A stretch of DNA of 36,140 bases from the NCBI GenBank assembly GCA_044224875.1, contig JBGAJQ010000053.1:1-36140 (forward strand), in the 5' to 3' direction. The stretch comes from Gemmatimonadaceae bacterium. Lineage in GTDB: Bacteria > Gemmatimonadota > Gemmatimonadetes > Gemmatimonadales > Gemmatimonadaceae. Shown here one piece after another: positions 17,102 through 26,252 of the stretch; within the stretch, counting starts at the first letter, position 1, and every line of letters starts with the position of its first letter. The notes beneath the pieces are model-generated. The model was not told where the DNA came from and did no database searches. It saw only the letters and a program-made list of their open reading frames with translations. A program made the position numbers and the translations under genes.

Positions 17102-18112
17102 CTAGTGCTCTCCCGCCAGCAGTAGCATCACGTGCTCATCGCACTGGGTCAGGCCCCCTTCGCCATCTTTCCACGTCACCTTGCCGTCGGCGTCGGCATC
17201 CTTGCCCGCCACCAGTTCGTTGGTGAGCGAGACGAGCTGGCTGACCAGCCCAGCGGCCTCGCTGGCCGTGGTGGCGGCCTGAATCTTCTGGGCGATCGCC
17301 ACGATGGCGTCGGCGCGCTGCACCGTGTTGCGGGCCGAGGTGGCGGCATGCCCTGCGTGCAAGATCACGTTAGGCGACGCACCCGGAACTTTCGCCGCAA
17401 GGTCCAGGTGGGCGGCCACACCTAACGCGGCGCGTTTGACGCCGTATCCCAGCCCGGGGCCGGCGGCCACCACCGTCGGGTCCACGGCATTGATGACGTG
17501 GCCGGCGTGCATCTTCATGGCACCGAGGTTCTCCGGATCGCGCGCGGCGAATCCGGCGTGGACCGCCGCGGTGCGTGACTCTTCCATCGCGGCGCGCAGC
17601 AACCCCATGCCCTTCGGTGTGTCGGAGAAGGCATTCAGCACGTGGCCGATGTGCACGCCAACGGGGCCGGCGGGCACCGCAACGGCCGGCACCACCGGCG
17701 ACACCTGCCCGGGCAGTGGCGCCCCCGTCAGCTGCGCGACGGTCTGGTCGAACACCGCGCGTGACGCCGAGTCGGAGCTGACGATGTAAGTCCTTCTGCT
17801 GAAGTCGGCGTCAGAGACACCCGCGCGTTTGAGTGCGTCGCTGATGCGGGCAGCGAGCTGGTCCCGCAGCTGTTGTTGCGCCTGCGGCGTCTCGTTGCGT
17901 GGCTGGGCGAGTTCCTTCTGGATGGAATCGCGGAGCTGGGAGATGGAGAGGGAGAGCTTGGCGAAGGCGACGACATCTGCCGCGGCCATCTTCGGCGACG
18001 GCTGTTGTGCGGCCGGCCTCGGTACACTTTGGGCACTGGCGGGACGCGGCAGGAGAGCGCTCGCGAATGCGACGAGTGCGAGCCAGCGTGCCGATGGTCG
18101 AGTGAGTGGCAT
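17102..18112 (-). CDS. Secreted hypothetical protein: DUF4168-like N-terminal helical domain plus His-rich helical C-terminal domain
   Basis: Signal peptide ending ASA-Q from ATG 18112. Repeated HxxH motifs and an EF-hand-like DADADGKVT. Confidence 0.7.
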   Translation of the reverse strand: MPLTRPSARWLALVAFASALLPRPASAQSVPRPAAQQPSPKMAAADVVAFAKLSLSISQLRDSIQKELAQPRNETPQAQQQLRDQLAARISDALKRAGVSDADFSRRTYIVSSDSASRAVFDQTVAQLTGAPLPGQVSPVVPAVAVPAGPVGVHIGHVLNAFSDTPKGMGLLRAAMEESRTAAVHAGFAARDPENLGAMKMHAGHVINAVDPTVVAAGPGLGYGVKRAALGVAAHLDLAAKVPGASPNVILHAGHAATSARNTVQRADAIVAIAQKIQAATTASEAAGLVSQLVSLTNELVAGKDADADGKVTWKDGEGGLTQCDEHVMLLLAGEH

Positions 18113-18190
18113 AGGAAGAGTATGTGCCAGCAATACGCACGAGGGGCGGCGGATGCTAGGCGGACCGCACCGTGGGAGCTGGAGCTGTGG

Positions 18191-18610
18191 CTAGGGCAAC
18201 AGCGTGAAGCCTGCCGTGACAAAGTCCTGGTCAAAGGCAAATGCCTGCGTCACACGCGCTTCACGCATGATTTCGAACGTCACGGCATCGGTCAGAGAAA
18301 AGCGCTGGTCGCCAAAGCGCTCGATCCAGTTGGCCAGCGCGCGACCCACGAGGTCGCTGCCCACCTCCTGCCACTCGAAGGACGGGTCCTTCAACAATCC
18401 GCCGGTGATGCGGTGGGCGGCCGTCGGTTCGAGCCGACGGATAAGATGTCCATGCAATTCGCCGAGGACCAGCAAGTGGCCGATCAGGCGGGTGCCGGAC
18501 TTCTGCAGACGGGCGAGAGTGCGTCGAGCGCGCTCGTGGTACTGGTCTCGCGAACTGGCCAGCGCGAGTAATGCCCCCGTGTCAACGGCCACTCGGCGCG
18601 ACGTCGTCAT
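18191..18610 (-). CDS. vapC: PIN-domain toxin (VapC family)
   Basis: VAVDTGALLAL...DQYH, ELHG, FSLTDAVTFEIM and AFAFDQDF carry the conserved PIN acidic residues. Overlaps the antitoxin. Start is ATG 18610 or GTG 18592. Confidence 0.9.
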   Translation of the reverse strand: MTTSRRVAVDTGALLALASSRDQYHERARRTLARLQKSGTRLIGHLLVLGELHGHLIRRLEPTAAHRITGGLLKDPSFEWQEVGSDLVGRALANWIERFGDQRFSLTDAVTFEIMREARVTQAFAFDQDFVTAGFTLLP

Positions 18611-18875
18611 CGGAGGCATAGAGGTACTCGTCGTGGTGCGCCGCGAGGTCCGCTGGAAGTTCAGCGGCACTGTCGAGGGAGCCGAGGAGTGCGTGGATTC
18701 CCGCGCCTGGGCGGGATGCGAGGTCGAGGTCCTGTGCCATGCGGCGGATCGCCTGGCGGATGACTTCCGCCTTGGGCTGTCCGGTCCGCTCGCTCAGGTC
18801 CAGGAGGATGTCAGCGTCGGCGCGATCCAGGTACGCCTGGACCGGTTCACGGACGCGCGAAGGTTTGCGAGGCAT
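18582..18875 (-). CDS. vapB: Ribbon-helix-helix (CopG-like) antitoxin
   Basis: PVQAYLDRADADILLDLSERTGQPKAEVIRQAI fits an RHH. C-terminal DLAAHHDEYLY is typical of VapB partners. AAGGA RBS. Confidence 0.85.
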   Translation of the reverse strand: MPRKPSRVREPVQAYLDRADADILLDLSERTGQPKAEVIRQAIRRMAQDLDLASRPGAGIHALLGSLDSAAELPADLAAHHDEYLYASDDDVAPSGR

Positions 18876-18929
18876 ACATGTATCCTTGACGGCTGTACAT
18901 GAAGATAGTACATGAAACAGGCATTGCAA
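18874..18929 (-). promoter_or_regulatory. Putative vapBC sigma70-type promoter with TACATG operator repeats
   Basis: TTGCAA (18924..18929), 16 nt, TATCTT (18902..18907). GTACATGAA direct repeats flank the -10, and palindrome ATACATGTAT lies at the start codon. Confidence 0.55.
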
Positions 18930-19016
18930 GAGCCTTCCGCCCTTGGTGCCAGACCATATGTTGTGGCGTCACATAACCGGCGAACGCCTCGATCACCTTC
19001 CGCCAACGAGTGCCCA

Positions 19017-20744
19017 ATGAGTGTTCGCCCCCTGCTCGCCATGCTGCTCGCTGCCACCACGTTGGCGGCGCAGACAAAGCCCTCGCCCAAGTCCACCCGA
19101 CCAGCGTCGGCCACACGCCCGATCTTCGACGTCGTGGAAGCCTCGATACCGCAGATGCAGGCTGCGTTGACCGACGGGCGCGTGACGTCTCGCGAGCTGG
19201 TACTGCTCTACATGGCGCGGATCGCCCGATTTGATCGCGTCGTGCACGCGACCATCGCGGTGAGCCCAACGGCACTGGCGGAGGCGGACTCACTCGACCG
19301 CGAGCGCGCACAGGGTCATGTGCGCGGACCGCTCCACGGGATTCCCGTCGCGCTCAAGGACAACATCCACACCACCAACATGCCCACCACCGGAGGTGCG
19401 TTGGCGTTCAAGGACATGGTGCCGCCTTACGAGGCGACCCTAACGAGGAACCTCAAGGAGGCCGGGGCGATTATCCTGGCCAAGACGACCCTCACCGAGT
19501 TGGCGAACTGGGTGGCGGGATCGCCAACACCCATGCCCGGCAACTACAACGCGGTGAACGGATTCGCGATGAACCCGTACGATCCGCGCCCCGATCCACG
19601 CCCCGGCTTCAATGACGGACGTCCCGTTATGCAGACCGGCGGCTCCAGCTCTGGTGGCGGCACGGCGATGAGCTTCTGGGCGGCGAACGTTGGCACCGAG
19701 ACGTCTGGTTCCATCCTGAGTCCGTCCAATTCCAACATGCTTGCCGGTATCAAGCCCACCGTGGGGCGAGTGAGCCGCTGGGGAGTCATTCCCATCACGG
19801 CGGACCAGGACACCCCTGGGCCCATGGCGCGCACGGTGGAGGACGCGGCCATCATGCTCGGTGCGCTCGAGGGCAAGGCGCCTGACGAGCACGATGCCGA
19901 CACGAAAAAGTGTACGCCACCTGCGAACAACGACTATCGCCCGTTCCTGAAGAAGGACGCGCTCAAGGGAGCGCGCATCGGCGTGCCCCGGGCCTACTTC
20001 TTCGAGCCCTTCACCATGCCCGGCGCCACCAACCCGCGCGGCGGGTTGAACCCGGCGCAGCTGGCGGTGATGAAGGAGGCGATCGAGATCCTGAAACAGC
20101 AGGGCGCGGAGGTGGTGGACCCCGCCAACATTCCCAGCGTGATGATCGGCGACACGACGAAGAATGTGCTGTTCTGGAATCCCTGCAGCGGCGTGGAGGG
20201 CCGGAAGGGGATGAACAGTGGCTGTTCGATCGACTTCACCTACGGAATGAAGCGTGACTTCAACGCGTGGCTGGCGTCTCTGGGTGCAGCGGCTCCCTTC
20301 AAGACGCTCACCGACCTGCGATACTTCAACATCGCCAATGCCGGGCGAGGCGCAATGAAGTTCGGGCAGTCGCAGCTGGATATTTCTGATGAGATGGACC
20401 TGGTGGCCGACAAGGCGAAGTATGAGGCTGATCGGGCGCGGGATATCGACCTAGGCGGAACCCACGGCATCGCACAGGTGATGGAGGAGATGAAGCTGGA
20501 CGCGCTCCTCTTCCCTGGGGGGAATGGCGCCGGCATAGCGGCGAAGCCGGGATACCCTACGGTGACCGTGCCCTTTGCGAGAATCCCCAATGCTCCCAAC
20601 GGGATGCCCGCCAGCTTCAACGCCAAGCCCGCGCCGTTCGGGGTGAGCTTCACCGGCGTGTCGTGCAGCGAACCGCGGTTGATTGAGCTGGGCTACGCGT
20701 TTGAGCAGGCGACCAAGCGGAGGGTGCCGCCGGACCTCCACTGA
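19017..20744 (+). CDS. Amidase-signature family amidase, secreted
   Basis: GPLHGIPVALKDNI (catalytic Lys), GGSSSG and GTETSGSILSP (Ser-cisSer-Lys triad). Signal peptide from ATG 19017. Confidence 0.93.
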   Translation: MSVRPLLAMLLAATTLAAQTKPSPKSTRPASATRPIFDVVEASIPQMQAALTDGRVTSRELVLLYMARIARFDRVVHATIAVSPTALAEADSLDRERAQGHVRGPLHGIPVALKDNIHTTNMPTTGGALAFKDMVPPYEATLTRNLKEAGAIILAKTTLTELANWVAGSPTPMPGNYNAVNGFAMNPYDPRPDPRPGFNDGRPVMQTGGSSSGGGTAMSFWAANVGTETSGSILSPSNSNMLAGIKPTVGRVSRWGVIPITADQDTPGPMARTVEDAAIMLGALEGKAPDEHDADTKKCTPPANNDYRPFLKKDALKGARIGVPRAYFFEPFTMPGATNPRGGLNPAQLAVMKEAIEILKQQGAEVVDPANIPSVMIGDTTKNVLFWNPCSGVEGRKGMNSGCSIDFTYGMKRDFNAWLASLGAAAPFKTLTDLRYFNIANAGRGAMKFGQSQLDISDEMDLVADKAKYEADRARDIDLGGTHGIAQVMEEMKLDALLFPGGNGAGIAAKPGYPTVTVPFARIPNAPNGMPASFNAKPAPFGVSFTGVSCSEPRLIELGYAFEQATKRRVPPDLH

Positions 20745-20768
20745 TCGGGAGTACCTCGGCGGGTGTGC

Positions 20769-23164
20769 TTAGCCTCGTCGGATGGCGATCGCCGGATCGA
20801 TACTGGCTGCCCGTACCGCCGGCAGCCAACAGGCCGCCACACCGATCAACGTCATCACGGCAGCCACTCCCGCCAGCGTCAACGGATCGTGCGGGGCCAC
20901 GCCAAAGAGCAGTCCGCGGATCAGACGCCCGGCCACGAGCGACGTAATGACACCCGCCGCGAGCCCGATGAGCAGCAACACACCACCCTCCCAGAGAATC
21001 ATACGTTGCACCTGACCGCGGTCCGCGCCAAGGCTCATGCGGATGCCGATCTCGTTGGTGCGTGACGACACCGAGAAGGCCAGCACACCGGCAATGCCCA
21101 CGGCCGCAATCACCACCGCCAGGATGCCGAGGGATGACACCAGCTCGGCGTTCAGCCGGCGTGGGGCGACACTCTCCTCCTGGATCTGCGACACCGTCAG
21201 GACGTTCTCGATCGGATCCTGCGGCGCGATGGCCCGCACCACGCGCGTAGCGGATGCCGTGAGCGCCTCGGCGTTCTTCTGGGAGCGAATCACCAGCCCC
21301 GCGGCGAACGCCATCTCCTGCGCGAACGGTTGGAAGAGCACCCCTCGCGGCTCGGCGTCCAGGCCGCCGTCCTTCGTGTCACCGACCACACCCACCACCG
21401 TGCGCCAGTCGCCGGAGACCGGGATGAACTTCAGCACTTCACCCGTCCACGCCACGCGCTGACCGATCGGGTCCTTCCCGGGGAACAGCTGGTCGGCGAG
21501 GGTCTTGTTGAGGATCACCACCATACCTGACCCCTGGATATCCGTCGTGGCGAAGTCGCGCCCCTTGAGGAGCGGGATGCCGGCGGCGCGGAAGTAGTCG
21601 GGGCTGGCGGTGCGGAACTCGGCGCGAGGGATCGCTTCGCCAGCGGCCAGCGCCCGGCCCTCAGCCTTGACGTCCAGCTGAAATCCGGCCGTTCGCAATG
21701 GCATGACCGAGCCAAGTCCCACGTCCGTAACGCCGGGAATCCCGGAGACTTCCAGGCGCATGCGGTCGTAGAGCGCCTTGGCGTCGGCGTCACTCCGCCC
21801 CGCGCCGGCGATCGGGACTTCCATCGTCAACACTGACTTGGCATTGAGCCCCGGATTCACGTCCGAGAGCTGCAACATCGTCCGCGTCAACAGCCCCGCA
21901 CCGCTGAGCAGGACCACGGAGACGGCGATCTGGGCCACGACCAGCGTGCGTTGCAGCCGCTGGCGGCGTACACCACCGCTCGACCGGTGTGCGCCGGACG
22001 CAACGGCGGCGCCGAGTGTTCCTTCCTTGGCCAAGCGTGGCGCGAAGGTGATGATCGTCGCCACCACCAACGTCAGGAGCAACGCGAAGCCGAGCACCAT
22101 CCCATCCATGTGGATCTCGCCCGCGCGTGGCGAGTATCGCTCGGCCAGGGCCACGAGCAGCTTCACGCCGCCCACCGCCAGGACGAGCCCGAGCACCGCG
22201 CCCATGAAGGCGAGCACCAGGTTCTCCACCAGCAGCAACCGGCGCAGGCGCGCCGAGCCCGCGCCCAGGACGGCGCGCACGACCAGTTCGTGCTCGCGGC
22301 GCACCCCGCGCATCAGCGACAGGTTGGCCACATTGGCGCAGGAGATGATCATCACGAACGCCGCCGCGCCCATCAGGAGCCACAACGTGAGGCGCGCCTT
22401 CTCGCCCAGCACTTCCTGGAAGGGGATGACGCTGACATGGAAGCCCGAGCCAGGATCGTAGGCGTCCGGATACTCCGCCTGCACGCGCGCGCGAATCGTC
22501 TCCACCTCGGCCCGCGCCTGTTCGACTGTTGCACCTGGCGCCAGCCGAGCGATCATCTCCGTCATGCGGTGCGTCCGGCCCTGGACCATAAGGGCGCTGG
22601 TGTGGTGCTCGCTGATCACCATGTTCATCAGCGCGTCCATCTTGTTCGGGAAGTACGGAGCCGGTTGTATGACGCCGACGATGGTGGTCGGCTTGCCGTC
22701 CACGCGAATCGTCTTGCCCACCACGTTCGGATCGCCACCGAATCGGCGCAGCCAGTAGTCGTGCGTCGTCGACCGAGGATCGTAGAGAGACCCATCACCT
22801 GGAAGTAGTTGCCCGTGACGAGGCCCAGGTTGACGCGTGTGGCGTCCCCTTCGCCCTGCATGGTGAAAGCGATCGGAGAGTACTCGGCGATGCCGCCTAA
22901 CGCCTTGGCGCTCGTGCGGAAGTCGTTGATCTCGGGGACGGAGAAGGCCACGTTCTCGCCACCGGGTCCCTTGATGGACTGTCGGAGGTAGAGGAGCCGC
23001 TCGCCGTCGCGGTGGGGCAGGGGACGCAGCAGGACCCCTTCGACCACGCTGAAGATGGCCGTATTGGCGCCGATGCCGAGTCCGAGGGTGAGGACGACGG
23101 CGATGGTGAATCCGGGGGCACGGGAGAGGCTTCGGATGGCGTAGCGGATGTCGGACGCGGTCAT
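20769..23164 (-). pseudogene. ADOP-type duplicated MacB/FtsX ABC permease, split by an apparent deletion/frameshift near 22765
   Basis: DIRYAIRSLSRAPGFTIAVVLTLGLGIGANTAIFSVV, CANVANL, RTNEIGIRMSLGA and PAVRAASIDP. Frame switches between ILGR and THDYWLRRFGGDPNVVGK. Confidence 0.88.
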
Positions 23165-23572
23165 GGGCGGAAAGCGTGGGCGGTCTGGCGGACTACGTGC
23201 TGGTATTCAAGCGACGAATGAAGTTCGCCAGAATCGACCGAGGGGTCAAACGGGATTTGTGGTCGACTGGGGTGCCCACCGAAGTGAGGCTCTAACCTCA
23301 GGTGACGTCAGGACTTCGACGTCTGCACGCAGGAGGCGCGAACCGCAACGCGTGCGCTGTAGGTTGCGCTGGAGGGGGAATCTTCCTCGCGAAGGCGCTC
23401 GGCGGCCTCCTTCCCACTCGACGACGACTGCATCGCTCGTACTCGCCCACTGCCTGGGACGAGGATCGCGATGACGCGACGCTCCGCCACGACGTCTGCG
23501 CGCACCTACTTGCGTCGCTCATCAGGCAAGTGCTGATTCGAGCCTCGCGACTCGAAGGCGAGCGGAGGGGGA

Positions 23573-25711
23573 ATGGGCCGAGGATTTGCGCATCTCACCG
23601 TCATCGCGGCCGTCCTTACACAGGCTGCCTGCGCGCACACCGCCACGAAGCAGCTGTCGAAGTATGATCTTCGTGAGGGCTATCGCTTCGAGCGGCTGCC
23701 ACTGAGCAAGGGACCGCCGAAGAACTCCGACGATCTCTTCGTCGTCCTCGCGTTCTCCGGCGGTGGCACGCGCGCCGCCGCGATGTCGTATGGCGTCCTG
23801 GCCCAGCTGCGCGCGGTGAAGTTCCACTGGGATCCCGTACAACGCAAACCCGTCAGCTGCGACTCGCGCACGGAAGCACGGTGCAACGCAATCGAGCGAT
23901 CGCTGCTGGATGAGGTGGATGTCATCTCGTCCGTGTCCGGCGGGAGCTTCACGGCGGCGTATTACGCGCTGCATGGCCGCACCATCTTCGACGACACCAG
24001 TCGCTTCCACCGTGCCTTCCTGTACCACCGCGTACAAAGCGACTTGATGGGAGCCATACTCAAGCCGAAGAACTGGGACCATCTGATGTCTCGCGTGGAG
24101 ATCGCCGCCGAGTACTACGCGCGAAACATCTATGGAGACGCCACCTTTGCTGATCTGGCCAAAGGGGAACGACCGTATCTCATACTCAACTCCACCGATG
24201 CGTCCACTGGCGCGCGCTTTGAGTTCACCCAGGAACAGTTTGACCTGCTGTGCGCCGACCTGAGTGCCTTCCCGATTGCTCGCGGCGTCGCGGCGTCGTC
24301 GGCCTTTCCGGCCCTCTTGAACAGCATGACCATCGATGCCCACGACCGGCAGGGGTGTGGATACAAGGTCCCCGGCTGGGTTGAGTTGGCGACCGACGAC
24401 GCCTTCCTCAACTACCGGCGGTATAGCGCCGCGCGTCAGCTGCTCGCGTATCGGGATTCCAGTCGACGCTATCTCCATGTGCTCGACGGCGGCTTGGCCG
24501 ACAACCTTGGCCTGCGCTCGGTCCTTCAGTCCCTTAATTCCACGGATCGACCTATCGGGACGATCGTCAACGGAGACACCGCCCTCGGCGGATGGAGCAT
24601 CCTCAGCAAGATCAATCGGCGTGAGGTGAAGACGATTGTCGTCATCACCGTGGATGCAAGAACGAACAGGAAGAACAACTGGGACACCAAGGCCAGGGGG
24701 CCTGGCTTGTACTCGGTGGTCGATGCCTCCGCCGGCATTCCGATGGGCAACTTCACGACCGAGACGCTGGAGCTGCTGCGTGAATACGGATTCGACGCCG
24801 GCTTGAACCAGGGCCGTGCGCGCCAGGACAGCGCCTGTGCGTGCGTACGGGCTGATGACTTCTCGCCGCGCTTCTACGGCGTCGAGATTGCCATCGATAA
24901 CGACACGAACCCAGAGGAGCAGTCCTTCCTGCGGGAGGCTGGAACAAACTTTCAGCTTTCCTCACTCACTGTAGACTGCCTGATCGACCGATCTGCCCGA
25001 TTGCTGCGCGAATCTCAGTCCGTGACGGAGTCCAATCCGCAGGCCTTCCCCGAGTTCGTGGCGACTCAGTTGAAGGGTGTGGTATCGGAGCCCGATACGC
25101 CGCACCCTGCGTCGTGCACCAAGGACGCGAGCAAACAGTCCCACCAGCGGAGCAAGCACATACTCGACATCGGACTTGGGTACCACTCGACGCGACCGCG
25201 AGGCGGAGATGTCAGCGAAGGGAGCAGCGGCGTTGGGCTTCTCTTTCATATCGCGAGTCAGCACGGTCTGAGCCCGACGTTCGGCCTGGTCAGCGAGTCC
25301 TTCACCGTGCCTGGAACAGTCGGCTCCGACACACTCTCCATCGGGAGCCTCCGGCTCAGCGGACCGACTCTTGGCGTGAAGCTGAGCCAGCGCGTGGGTG
25401 TGGCTGAATTCAGCGCGCGCCTCGATGGGGGCTACGGGTTCGGACGCTTCCGGTTGAACGACAACGCCCGTGAACAGTACGCATTGCGCGGAACGTTAGG
25501 CGTTCGGACCGATGCGAAAGGCGCGTGGATGGCGAGGCCGAGCGCGAATGCTTGGGTCGAGCTTTCCGAGCACGTCGGTGCCACCATCACGACTTCTTAT
25601 TTGTTCGCTCGCCCGACGATTCGCTTGCGAGCGAACGCGCCGCTGGATGACCGCACCGTTCGACTACGTGCCCTCATGCTGTCGGCGGGACTTGCCTACC
25701 GAGTCTTCTAA
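23573..25711 (+). CDS. Patatin-like phospholipase lipoprotein fused to a C-terminal outer-membrane beta-barrel
   Basis: Lipobox-like QAAC, oxyanion hole SGGGTRA, nucleophile SVSGG and catalytic DGG. The last ~185 aa show alternating amphipathic strands ending LAYRVF. GGAGGGG RBS. Confidence 0.85.
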   Translation: MGRGFAHLTVIAAVLTQAACAHTATKQLSKYDLREGYRFERLPLSKGPPKNSDDLFVVLAFSGGGTRAAAMSYGVLAQLRAVKFHWDPVQRKPVSCDSRTEARCNAIERSLLDEVDVISSVSGGSFTAAYYALHGRTIFDDTSRFHRAFLYHRVQSDLMGAILKPKNWDHLMSRVEIAAEYYARNIYGDATFADLAKGERPYLILNSTDASTGARFEFTQEQFDLLCADLSAFPIARGVAASSAFPALLNSMTIDAHDRQGCGYKVPGWVELATDDAFLNYRRYSAARQLLAYRDSSRRYLHVLDGGLADNLGLRSVLQSLNSTDRPIGTIVNGDTALGGWSILSKINRREVKTIVVITVDARTNRKNNWDTKARGPGLYSVVDASAGIPMGNFTTETLELLREYGFDAGLNQGRARQDSACACVRADDFSPRFYGVEIAIDNDTNPEEQSFLREAGTNFQLSSLTVDCLIDRSARLLRESQSVTESNPQAFPEFVATQLKGVVSEPDTPHPASCTKDASKQSHQRSKHILDIGLGYHSTRPRGGDVSEGSSGVGLLFHIASQHGLSPTFGLVSESFTVPGTVGSDTLSIGSLRLSGPTLGVKLSQRVGVAEFSARLDGGYGFGRFRLNDNAREQYALRGTLGVRTDAKGAWMARPSANAWVELSEHVGATITTSYLFARPTIRLRANAPLDDRTVRLRALMLSAGLAYRVF

Positions 25712-25722
25712 CGGAGGTCGTG

Positions 25723-26085
25723 ATGGAATTCGTCGTCGTTACGTTCCCCACGCGTCGGACCGTGTTTGTGGATGGCGCGGCGCAGGGTGAGACGGGCCAG
25801 GTGCTACGGGTCCAAACCGGCACCCACATCTTCGACCTGGGAGAGCCCGCGAACTACACGCCCCCGAGTCAGAGGATTCGTGTGATCGGAACCAGTCCGG
25901 CCAATCCACTCGTCGTCATCTTCACGCCGGCAGGGGTCGCCACTCGCGTTCGCGCCGGGGGCGGTAGGCGAAGCGGAAAGAAGGCGGCGAAGAAGACCTC
26001 ACGCAAAGGTCCGGCGGCACGTGTGAAGAAGACCGCCTCGCGACGGAAGAAGAGCCGTGGACCACGAAAGGGCTCGTCGCTGTGA
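25723..26085 (+). CDS. Small PEGA-like beta-domain protein with Lys/Arg-rich tail
   Basis: GGAGG RBS. RTVFVDGAAQGETGQVLRVQTGTHIFDL resembles PEGA. The C-terminal ~40 aa are highly basic. Confidence 0.7.
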   Translation: MEFVVVTFPTRRTVFVDGAAQGETGQVLRVQTGTHIFDLGEPANYTPPSQRIRVIGTSPANPLVVIFTPAGVATRVRAGGGRRSGKKAAKKTSRKGPAARVKKTASRRKKSRGPRKGSSL

Positions 26086-26150
26086 GGTAACAACAGCAAG
26101 CCACTTGGTCACCCAGGCGGATTGGTTGAATTGCAGGGCGACAAACGCGA

Positions 26151-26211
26151 GGCAGGCCGCCTCGACGCTCCCGGAATCTCTCCGCCCGGGTCCGCGTCTC
26201 AGCGGCCTGCC
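26151..26211. terminator. Long imperfect GC-rich hairpin between convergent genes
   Basis: GGCAGGCCGC/GCGGCCTGCC (10 bp) encloses GACGC/GCGTC and CCCGG/CCGGG. No clear U tract. Confidence 0.4.
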
Positions 26212-26252
26212 CAACGACCTACGAGGTGTCCGTCCGGCGCTCCAGCCGGGTC

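Noticed and set aside
23165..23572. 400-bp divergent intergenic region with small ORFs (23302..23667, 23298..23522) and short palindromes
   Set aside because: No RBS/motif support or convincing RNA structure. Treated as promoter DNA.
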